Assembly (NCBI GenBank): GCA_012862495.1
Contig: BLSG01000090.1
Location: 251,887 to 305,287, forward strand
Direction of reading: 5' to 3'
Origin: Thraustochytrium aureum
Taxonomy: Eukaryota
Length of the DNA: 53,401 bases
Shown: piece by piece, positions 31,568 through 42,400 of the stretch
Position numbering within the stretch: the first letter of the stretch is position 1
How the letters are laid out: each line of letters begins with the position of its first letter
The notes under the pieces: model-generated
Seen by the model: the letters and a program-made list of their open reading frames with translations, nothing else
What the model was told of the DNA's origin: nothing
Database searches by the model: none
Made by a program: the position numbers and the translations under genes

Positions 31568-31669
31568 TACGGGTCAGAGCCGCCGTCTGGCGATGGAAAC
31601 GCCGCACTGCTAGAGCCGAAAAGCGGACGGCTGCTTTAGCACCTAGAGGGCGGCCGCGCTCGACGGCCG

Positions 31670-32978
31670 ATGGAAGTGGCGTGGGCTGGCGGTTCGCGGC
31701 TGGGGGNNNNNNNNNNNNNNNNNNNNNNNNNNNNNNNNNNNNNNNNNNNNNNNNNNNNNNNNNNNNNNNNNNNNNNNNNNNNNNNNNNNNNNNNNNNNNN
31801 NNNNNNNNNNNNNNNNNNNNNNNNNNNNNNNNNNNNNNNNNNNNNNNNNNNNNNNNNNNNNNNNNNNCAAGGCTTGGGGTACTCGTTCGGCTGGCCGTGT
31901 TAGACCTCTGTGTCGAAATCCCAGCGGCAACTCAAGTCGGCGTTCTACAAAGCCGCGTTCTCCGAACGCAGAACGTGATTGGCGAGTCGGAGCGCGTTCA
32001 GATGGGGCCAAACCTCGTTGCTCTTTTGCGAATCGTCGACCTAGTATCTGCAGCAGTCGCATCCGGGCGCACCCTGAGCCCTCGTGACCTGTACTACTTG
32101 CAAAAAAGTGCGCCGTTCTCGTTTCAGACCCCGGAGCGGTGCATGTGGGCGGTACGTCTGCTGTGCAGGGCGGTCAGGGTTCCCCGTAGCTGCTTGAACG
32201 TTTTCGCGCCAACGCGAGGAATGTACATAGGCCCGGTTTTTGTCGAGACGACCACGCGGCGGGCGTCTGTGGTGGTAGACGATGCGCGGTTCGCAACGCA
32301 GCACATCCGCGCAGAGTGCACGCTCAAACGCGCGACGCGCATACGAGCTGCAGGTAGGGAGCCCAGGTTTGTGCTTGTCGTCGAAAGGAGGCTGTTTTCC
32401 AGCAGCTGGTCGCCACTGGGCTGTCGCGGCACCTGCACGGGGTGATCGTCACCGGCAAGGGGTTTCCCTGTCTCGCAACGAGAGCCTTTGTTCGCGAGCT
32501 GCAGGATGCGTTCCCGCAGTGCGCAGTACTGGGACTATGTGACTGGAACCCGTTCGGCATCCACGTTTTGCTGCTCTACGCCCATGGCAGCGTTGGTGAT
32601 GTTGAGGCGTACCGCTACGCGGTCCCCTCGCTTCGCGGGATTGGTCTCCTCTCCCGCGATGTGAGGCTGCTGGGGCACCGGCTTGCGCAGCGCTTGCAAC
32701 CACTGTCTGCCACGGACGTTACAAAGGCCGCTGCCCTACTTGAAGGGCCATTGGTGAGCTCAAACTCGGTGGACGTTGCATCCGAGCTCGGGTTTATGCT
32801 CGAGTCGGGTTGCAAAGCGGAGCTAGAATCCCTAGACAGCATGCACGGCATGTCACCCAACTTTTTGGCCAGCCACTGGCTACCGACTCGTGTACGCCAG
32901 GCCATAACAGAAGCAGGTCCTCGCCGCACACCAGAGGCGCCGAGAGGCCAGGCGAACGTTGCTGCCAGGCAAACGTGA
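31670..32978 (+). CDS. SPO11: SPO11 (SPO11-2-like) meiotic transesterase; gap near 5' end, start uncertain; apparent frameshift near 32384
   Basis: SPRDLYY (catalytic Tyr), VPRSCLNVFAPTRG, VLVVE/KEAVFQQL, IVTGKGFPCLATRAFV, LCDWNPFG..HGS..EAYRYA, KAELESL. Confidence 0.88.
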
Positions 32979-33079
32979 GTCAGGCAAGGCTCCGGACACG
33001 TGCTTGGTGCGAGCGAGCGGGAAGGCGCGCGACGCACGAAACAATACTTGTCTTCTGCGCTAAATGTGTCGGGGACGTA

Positions 33080-35809
33080 TCAAGAATTTGTCATGTCGCT
33101 CAGCTCATGCTCCCGAGCCCCGAAGGGCGGCGGCGGGAAATGTTCCACATCCTCGGCTTCCTCTCCGAAGTAGTGGTCGCCGCCTGCGCCGCGACCAAGG
33201 GCCGCGTCTGCGTGTGAGGGCACGAAACGGTCCACTTCTCGGCCCACTTCTCGGTCCGTCGCGAAGTGACCCTGCGTCGCGCGATCGGCGTCTTCTTCGT
33301 CGTCGTTGAGGCGCTGGAACGAACTCGCCGTCCTCCCTGGCGCAGCCGAGTCGAAAAAGCGCGTAGCGTCTGAGCGCGAAATCGACCCGGCGCCAAGATG
33401 CACGCGACGCAGGTGAAGCGCGTATGCCGCCGCAAAGGCAGCGAGCACTACAACACAATACACAGCCATGCCAAAGACCCCCGAGAAGTCCCGCACATAG
33501 CACGGCTTGTCGGAGATCAGTGTCCAAGTACTGACCGTAGTCCGTGCCTTGAAACACGTTGCCTGCCAAATCGAAGACATACCCGTCCGCGATCTCAATC
33601 AGATAGGTTCCCTCCTTGAAGATGCACCCGAGCCCGTACCGGTCCTCCCAGACCCCGAGGTCGATGTTAAGAGTATCCCGCGGATTTCGCGAGTCTGACA
33701 AGGACACGACAGGCGCCTCGGTGTTCGAGAAGCTCCACGAGCGAGAGCAGCTCGACGGGAAAAATATGTCGCCCTCAACATGCTGCACTTCGCCAACGCG
33801 ACAGATCCGCACGACGATCCCGGCCGCGACACGCACGCTTTCATCAAAAACAAGGCGCAGTTTTCGCGTGTCAGGCTCTATCTTGGACCCGCTTGGTGGG
33901 TCCATCTGCACTACCGACGGCGGAGAGCCATCGATGCGAAAGCAGTCTCGCCCAAGCGAGTGAACGACCTCGAGCCGCGCGCTGGCTCCTGGAGGGCCGA
34001 TTGCTGAGCCAAGGGTTTCGGAAAAGACGCGCAGGCAAAACTCCTCCACATTGCTGCCTTCAGGGTCACAGGCGCGCATCAGCTCCCCGCACGTGTCCAT
34101 GCATACGCGGACCACTAGCTGACCGCTCTCCCACGCCAGGTAGTCCGCTTGGTTGGCGGCGCAGTCCATGCACGCTGCCTCCTCGAGCGCGGCTTTGCAG
34201 GCATCAGGAGCCGACAAAGGGATGGATTGGAGCCTCTCCTTCACCACATTGGAGATGTACTGCGACGAGCAGCAGGAAAGGTGCTCGAACGACCCAGATA
34301 CGCATGTATCGTCGAACGCGATCTGCGGCGGCATGCCGGGGACGGCGCTCTTGTTGGTCTGGTTTAAATAGGCAAAGCACACTTGATTGCCAAGGTTGTC
34401 CGTTTCTGCAGCACCCACGCGCCTGGCGCAGACGCTTGGATGCATCTCGCTGCACTTTGCTGGCGCCCACTTGCCCGGCGCCAAGGGCGCATTGCTCGAG
34501 GACCCGTCGATCACTGCGCAACGCCCAACGTCGTCGCCCTGGACGACTTGCGCGGCGTTGCGAAAGTCCATGATAGTTCTGTCAAGCCAGACCAGCGGTC
34601 TCTGGTCGCTTCTCCGCGTGGCGCCGATCCACGCAACTCCGCTACTGCCCAAGGGGATCATGGACCGCACGAGGTCGTTCTGCGTCGCTCCATGAATAGA
34701 AACAAGGTGCCCACCGTCCACTTTGCACTTGTCTTCAGCGGTTTCCAGGGTTGATGGCGTTGGCAATGTCCAGAGCTCCAGGTGCTTGAACCGGATGCGC
34801 GACCGGAACTTTTCAGTTCGGCACCGAACTGCCGCGTGCGCGAGCGAGGACGTCACCCAGCGCGCGCGATCTTCCCAGCTGGTTTCTGGATCGAGGTCTT
34901 GGCCGGGCGGCCCGCCGTCATCGCTCCCATCTGAGTTGACGGATTCCACCGGCGTCCACGACGTTGGCGTCACCACCGCGGCAGTGGCCCATGTGAGGTC
35001 CTCCGACTCTCCTTTCTGAAACGTTGCGCACGACCAGCGCGTACTGCCCTTGACCACGCTCGTGATAAGACCATCGCTGCCAGCGAAACGAAAGGTGGGG
35101 TTTTCGGCCGCAGGGTAGATCTCCAGGCCGAGGACACGATAGTCACGAGGGATGAACGCCTGCAGCGGAAGCGCCTCAGCAGGCGCTGGGGCGCTATCCG
35201 CGGGAACGACGTCGGCTCGCATTCGCAAGGGGTAGCGGACGCCGTCAACGACGAGACGAACGACCGTTTCCACGACCTCCACGCCGACGCGAATCGCGCC
35301 GCCAAAGTGTAGTTGTGCGACGGACTCGGTCTTCCCGGCCGAGTTCATTTCGCCACGCAGGAGGTCAGCGTCGTGACGGGACATGCTACAAGAGGGGAAC
35401 GTAGCTTGCCGCCCGAGCAACATGTCTAGCGACAGCGCGACAATTGGCGTCGAGTCGAGCATCGGCGTCCCAGAGGGCTCCAGCGACCCCGACCGACTCG
35501 AGCGCATTTATCTGCGCCCTCAAATTGCACAGCGACTCTTGTGGCGGCGCTGCAACCAGCACGAGCTTGCCTTGCAGCCCTTCCTTGCTCTGGGGCGCCT
35601 GAGCACACGGGTCAAACCAGTAAATATGGCCGTGCACGCCTTCCAGGGGAAACCCCGGCCCACCAGATGCCATCACGCACTTGAGCTCGCCAAAGCGATT
35701 GTGTCCCAAGTACGACAGATACGTGTCCCCGGGCATCAGCGCGCTCGTCAGCCCTGCGGCCCAGGCCACAACTGTCCCTGCCGCAGGCGCGCCCAGCGCG
35801 TGGTCGCAT
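33080..35809 (-). CDS. Type-I membrane protein: PA-like, C-type lectin, folate-receptor-like Cys domain, bacterial-type Ig-like domain, TM, cytoplasmic tail; apparent frameshifts near 35790, 35395 and 33526
   Basis: PA-like: DPC..LQGKLVLV..C..QINALESVGVAGAL..VPSCSMSRHDADLL; CTL: AEDKC..GGHLVSIH..AWIG..VWLD..CAVI..GKW..KC..PSVC; folate-receptor-like: SCCS..C..ALEEAACMDC..RVCMDTCGELMRAC; Ig-like: DGSPPSVVQMDPPSG..LVFDESV..VFDLAGN; TM GVFGMAVYCVVVLAAFAAAYALHL. Confidence 0.7.
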
Positions 35810-36486
35810 CTCGCCGCCGCCCGCTCCGATCGTTCTCCAAAGCACCAAGCTCTAGAAACGTACGTACGCACGAACGAACAAACGACCTCGTGCTCGCGCG
35901 CCTGTCTGCCTGCCTGCCGAGCCCCGCCTGTTGCCTGCGTGCTCTCCGGAGTGACTCGGGCGCTCTGTCGCACGACCGTATCTGTCTTGTACTCTGTTCA
36001 TCGCATGATTCCGCGAAGAAGCGTTCATCGTTCTTCTTTGCGTGTAAAGAACAGCTCTTTGTTGCTTGACAAAGAACGCCTCTCTGTTCGGTTGAGCAGT
36101 AGACGTTGTTTACGGGTATATCCGTTTTTGGCCGTAGAAATGTGCACGGCGGTTTGTTTGCATTGGGCTGCCTGCGTCCTTGCCTGCCTGTGAACGAACG
36201 CGGCAGCGGCGGGCGCGAGCGGCGAAGGCGCTTTCTTGCGTTCGCGCTTTCCTGGCGGGTTGGCTCGGGGCTCGCGGACGCGGGCGCCGCGCTGGGATTT
36301 ACTCTTCACGGGCCGCCCGCTCGCTTTCTCGCGCAACTGCTGGCTGGCTGGCCTGGCCTGGCCAGTGGCCACCTCACGCGCTCGCGCAACACAACTCTTG
36401 CCGTCAACGCGTCCGGGGCGCAGCTGGTGGGGCTGTGAAGCTGGGCGAGTACTCGCGTGCGGACTGCTACGGTTGAGGCTGCGAGG

Positions 36487-39400
36487 ATGAGTGGGTCGCA
36501 GAATGGCGGCGGCAGTGACGAAGACCGCGTGCAGAGGCGCATCAGGCGCGGGTCGCTCCAACTTAGCAAAGGGCTATCAAAACGTAGCCTTGGCAGCTCT
36601 GCTGCGGCTGAAGAGCAGCGCAACCGCGAAGAGATCGAAAGCGCCTGGTCGGAGCATCTAACCGCGGAGGGCGCCACCTTTTTACTACAACTCGGTGACC
36701 AAGAAGCCACCTGGGACGTGCCGACAGGCTACTGCTGCGCGAGCGCAAAGCAAGCATCGAAACCGCCGGCAAGGAGTGGCTCTGGGTGAGCGACGAGGTG
36801 GCCTGCTTTGCCGCCGCAAGCCGAACTCCCGGGACGCAAAACGAGTTCAAGACGCTGGACGGGCGGATCGTCCGTGTCGAGAGCGACGGAATCAAGGGCC
36901 GCATAGTCGACATAACAATGCTAAATGCTGACACCGACGACATGGTCAAAATGGAGGACATCAACGAGGCCTCCGTGCTGCACAACTTGAGACTCCGAGC
37001 TGAGCGAGACGAGTACTTTACCAATGTGGGCACAATTCTAGTTTCTTTGAACCCGTTCAAGTGGCTCGACCGCCTTTACACGCGCGAACAGTTTGCGCGG
37101 TATCGGGACCGGCACATCGGCGAAGAAGTCCCGCCTCACTTTTTCGAAATTTCGGACAACTCGTACCGTGGCCTGCGCGACGACGGGCGCTCGCAGAGCA
37201 TCATCATCAGCGGCGAGTCGGGCGCAGGCAAAACAGAAGCAACGAAGAAATGCCTCCAGTACCTCGCCGACGTGGCTGGCTCAAACTTTGGGCTCGAAAC
37301 CAAGCTATTGGCCACCAACCCGATCTTGGAGGCGTTTGGGAACGCCAAGACCGTCCGTAACGGCAACTCGTCGCGCTTTGGCAAGTGGACAGCGGTCCGC
37401 TTTGACGGCTCCGGCAAAATCTGCGGCGGGCGCGTCGTCAACTACTTGCTTGAGAAGAGCCGCGTGGCGATTCAGATGGAGAACGAGCGCAATTACCACA
37501 TCTTTTACCAGATCGTTAAGGGCGCCTCGGGCGAACTTCGCAGTCGCCTGCATCTCCCCAGGTCCTGTTCGGCCATGCGTTACCTTTCGCAGAACGGAGC
37601 CTCGCTTGAGGTGGAAGGCGTCGACGACGTGGAGTGCTTCCAGGAGACGCTCGATGCGTTGCGCGAGCTCGATTTCTCCCCTGCTGACGAGAATGCGCTT
37701 TTCAGCACGGTGGCTGGCGTCCTGTGGTTGGGCAACATCGAGTTCCAGACTCCGATCGGCGGCACCGCTGACGATCCCTGCGTTATCAAACTCCCGGAAA
37801 GCGAGCCTGCGCTTGCCGCGGTGTGCGAACTTCTTGGCTTTGATCGCGCGCAGCTCATCACCAACGTGATGAACCGTATTCGCACCATGGGCGGCCAAAC
37901 CATCGAGAGCCCGCTCAATGCCCAGGTGGCCGCCGACTCGTGCTCGGCTCTTGCACGGGAGATATACGGCCGGCTTTTCGACTGGATTGTTATGCGCGTC
38001 AATAAGACACTGGAGGGGAGCACTTCGGTCGTCGGCAACGAGCGCCTTATTGGCGTCCTCGACATTTTCGGATTTGAAATATTCGAGCACAACTCGTTCG
38101 AGCAGCTCTGCATCAACTTTACGAACGAAAAGCTCCAGCAACACTTCAATAACCACACCTTCAAGACGGAGCAAAAGGTCTACGAGGCCCAGGGAATCAA
38201 GTTCGACCCGCCCCGCTTCCGGGACAACGCCGACGTGCTGGAGCTGCTTGAGGCGCGCCCCCGTGGCCTTTTCGTGCTCCTGGACGAGGAGTGCGTGCTA
38301 CCCCGCGGCTCGGACGCCTCCTACGCAAGCAAGGTGTCCCAGTTCCACGGCGGCGGAGCGAACGCGCGATTTTCCGCCGGCCCTAAACTCCGCGCCAAGG
38401 CCAAGCTCGCTTTCGCGGTCGAGCACTACGCTGGAGTTGTGGTCTACGACGCCGAGGGGTTCTTGGAGAAGAACCGGGACGACCTGCGCGACAACTTGTT
38501 GGCCTTGGCGCGCACCTCATCAAGCGGCTTTCTTGCTAGCGAGATCTTTCGCGAGCCGGACGAGGCCGTCGAGGTGAGCACCAAGCGCCGCCACAAAACC
38601 CAAGCCGGGCTGTTCAGGCGCCAGCTTGACGACCTCATGCAGGTCCTGAATACGGCCGAGCCGCACTACATCCGCTGCATCAAGCCTAATGCACAGAAGA
38701 GCGCCGACCGGTTCGACCCCTTCTTGTGTCTCGAGCAGCTGCGCTACAGTGGGGTTTTCGAGGCCATCGAGATCCGCAAGCAGGGCTTTCCGTTCCGCCG
38801 CCTGCACGAGCACTTTTTCAAGCGCTACCGCACTCTGGTCCCCGGAGATCTCATCACCTCGTGGGCGCTCGGCGGTGACTACAGCGCGTTTGCAACACGG
38901 CTAGTCAAGGCGCTGGCGGACCGCGTCGAAGAGATGCGGGCGCTGCCCCCCGCTTCGCCCGACCACATCCCGCACCTTGCCGACCTCGCGCAGTGCCGAA
39001 TGGGCGCGACCATGGTCTTGTACCGAGCGCCAGAGCACCTCACGCTCGAGTCGTTGCTGGACGAGCGCCGCCGCGACGCAGCCGTATACGCAACCACCGT
39101 GGCGCGCGGGTTTTTGGGCCGCCGCCGCACCGCCGCCTTCCTCGCCGTGCGCGACGAGCTGCGCCAAGCGATGGCGACGAGGCTCATTGATGCCATCGAC
39201 GCCGCCATTGCCTCCACAACCGCCCGTGTGCGTCCTCCGTTTTCGCTCTTCACGGAGGTGCAGCGCGCTCGCCAGCTTGCCGATCGGATCCGGGGCGAGC
39301 TGGAGACCTGCAAAACGCTTGACGCGCTGCAGCAAAGGCTCTCTGAGACGCCAAATTCTGCCGCGTCCCACTATGAGGACATTGAGGCGGCCTTGTCACG

Positions 39401-42400
39401 CGCCACGGAGCTGGACCTCTCAACGCTCTACCCAGAGTATGCAGAAGTTTTGCGCGGCTTTGAGCGCCGCATCGCCGGTGTCCGCCAGCTGATCAAGGCA
39501 AAGCGAGAGCTCGGGCGGGGCATCGACACATCACTCAAGTCTGTTCTTGTGGAATCAATCCGCCGCGCCGAGGCCCTGACGGCCGAACACGGTCAGTTCT
39601 GCGACGAGGAGATCAAGCGCGCCAAAGCGATGCTGGACAAAGTTGTGCGCGAGTCCAAGCTCGAGCAGAAGCTCGTCGCCGGCCTAACGAACGGCGGCCC
39701 TGCTGGCACAGTTGGGAGTCTGCAGCTTGGTGCGATCGACACCAAGCCTCTTCGCAAGGCTCTCGCTGGGGCTCGCGGCGCCGGCCTACTCACGCCCCGA
39801 AACGCTGCGCTTGCCGCCCTCGGCGACCTCGTGATCGCTCTTCGTGAAGCGGTTCGCGACGGCGACTGGGACGCAGCGGAGGGCCTGCTTGCAAAGGCCG
39901 AAAGCCTGGAGCCCGACCTTGCCAAGTTTGAGCTTCCTCGCGACGAGCTCGAGCTCTGCCGTGGCGAGCTAAATTGTCACACGATTATCGCCGAGCTGAG
40001 CTCGTCCGTCCGCGAGGGCGCGCTCGGCGGCGTGCCTGGTTCCATTGACGTTTCCTCAGTGTCAATTGAGCACCTCAAGGCCGACATCGAGGACGCCAAG
40101 GTGCTGGCCTGCCCAGCCCCAGTCGCGCGGGCAGTGCTAGCGTGTGCCGAGCGCGTTCTGGCGCTTCGACAAGCTGCAGCGCACGGAGACTGGGCCGCGG
40201 CCGAGAAGACGCTCGAGGCGATCGCAAGCTACCCTCTCAACGAGCACGACGCCTATGCGAAGCGCTTCATTGAAGCGAGTGCCTTAGAGATCGCGCTCGT
40301 TCGGCGACATCTCGCCGGGCGCCAAATCGTCGAGCGGGTTCTCTCGGCGGTCGCACATGGCGGCGTCGGCGGCGCCGTTGGGGAAGTGGTCACGAAGGCG
40401 ACCTCTGTTGCGAAGCTTGATGACGCGATCGGGTTTGCCGAGGAGGTGGTCGACGAAGAGGGTGACTGCCCCACGGAACAGAGCAAAGACGCGCTCCTCC
40501 TCGCAGAGGCTGTCAAAGACGTTCGAGTCTCGTTTCTGAAGCGCGAGGCCGACAAACTGGCCCCATCATCAATCCGCGAGGCGCTGTCGATTGCAATGCG
40601 GCTCGAGGCGCCCGCAGCCTGCATCTCGGAACTCGAGCTGTGCGGTCCGAGTTGACTGAACGGGAGTGTGTCGCGATTTTGGAAGCTGCCGTCGCGCAAG
40701 GGCGCGCTCGCGGCAAAGTGGGCTCCCTGGACCTGTCCAAGGTCGATGTCGCACCCTTGAACACTGCGCTAGCTAAGACTAGCCAGCTGTGGGATGAGGC
40801 AGGCATGATTCACGGCGCAGAGTCTAGGGCAGGGGCCAAGCTGCTGGAGGCGGCGCGAGAGCTTGCAAAGCTTCGGGCATCGCTCAAGCTTGAGAATTGG
40901 GACGTCGTGGAGGACATCCTCGCAAACTCCTCCACACTCTTTGTCAAGGCCACCGAGGAGGAAGTGGGCCTGGTCCAGGAGGAGCTCAATAACCGAACTA
41001 TCGTCGCCGAGCTCTCGCGCGCCCTCGCAACTGGGCGTCCGGCAGGCCCCGTCGGCGAGCTCGACGTGGCCTCCATTCTCACAAACGAGCTCCGCGACGA
41101 CATCGACGACGCCAAGGAGCTTGGGTGCAAGACGAAGGAGGCAAAGGAGCTTCTAGAAAACGCCCAGCTCGTCCTCGAGGTGCGCGAGGCCCTCGTCGGC
41201 GAACGTTGGGACCTTGTCGAAAAGGCGCTGGACAGGTCGCGCTTCGTTCGGGTGCTGGAGGTCGCCAAGGAGGAAATCAAGCGAGTCCAGCGCGAGGTGG
41301 ACAATCGCAAGATCCTTCACGCCCTCAAGCACGCGCTCAGCAACGGGGGTGCCAGCGGCTCCCTTGACGACCTCCGTGTCGACACCATCACCTTCCATGA
41401 TCTCGACGAAGCTTTGGCTGTAGCGCAAAAGCTTCGTTGCGAGTCCAAAGAAGCGCAGGCCCTCTTTGGCGCCGCCAAGTTGGTGCGTGCATGTCGTGCG
41501 GCGATGTCGCAGGCCCGTTTCTCTCAGCTTGGCTCGCTGGTCGAGGACGCCGAACGGCACGGGTATCTCCGCGTCGAGGGTCATGACGCCACGGTCGAGG
41601 AGGCCAAGTTTGCTTTCGCGCAGCCGGCACGGGCCGAGCTTGAGCTGTCTCGCGAAAAGTTTGCAGATGAGACCATGAAAGAAGACCTTGCGAGCGCTTT
41701 GGCCGAAGGACGGGCCGGTGGGCGCATTGGCGCGCTCGACCTCTCCTCTGTCAAGCTGACCACGCTGCTGCAGGTCACTGCAAAGCACAGCCTTGTCGAG
41801 CCACGTTCGGCCCGCTCGCGCCAGCTTCTCGTTTGTGCAAAGCTCGTTTCGTCCCTGCGNNNNNNNNNNNNNNNNNNNNNNNNNNNNNNNNNNNNNNNNN
41901 NNNNNNNNNNNNNNNNNNNNNNNNNNNNNNNNNNNNNNNNNNNNNNNNNNNNNNNNNNNNNNNNNNNNNNNNNNNNNNNNNNNNNNNNNNNNNNNNNNNN
42001 NNNNNNNNNNNNNNNNNNNNNNNNNNNNNNNNNNNNNNNNNNNNNNNNNNNNNNNNNNNNNNNNNNNNNNNNNNNNNNNNNNNNNNNNNNNNNNNNNNNN
42101 NNNNNNNNNNNNNNNNNNNNNNNNNNNNNAGCTGATGCGCTCGGGTCAGCGACTGCCGCCAAGTGGCTCGGCGCGGTGCAAGTTGCACTGGACAGAGCTC
42201 ATGGTGTTGGTGTATCGGAGATCGCCAAGGAGGAACTCAAGCTCGTTCAGGACCATGTTGATGACATAAAGATCACGCGTGAGCTCTGCTCTGCCCTCGG
42301 CCAAGGGGCAGTGCACGGCGCGCTCGGCGCGACCAAGCAAGATTCATGCGAGACGGAGCGGCTTGTTTCGGCGCTTAGCTGCGCCCACACGCTGGTGTGC

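Noticed and set aside
31504..31570. PolyQ/H protein from the CAG/CAC tract fused to SPO11
   Set aside because: The ORF starts at a non-ATG codon and joins SPO11 only through Ns; more likely a non-coding microsatellite
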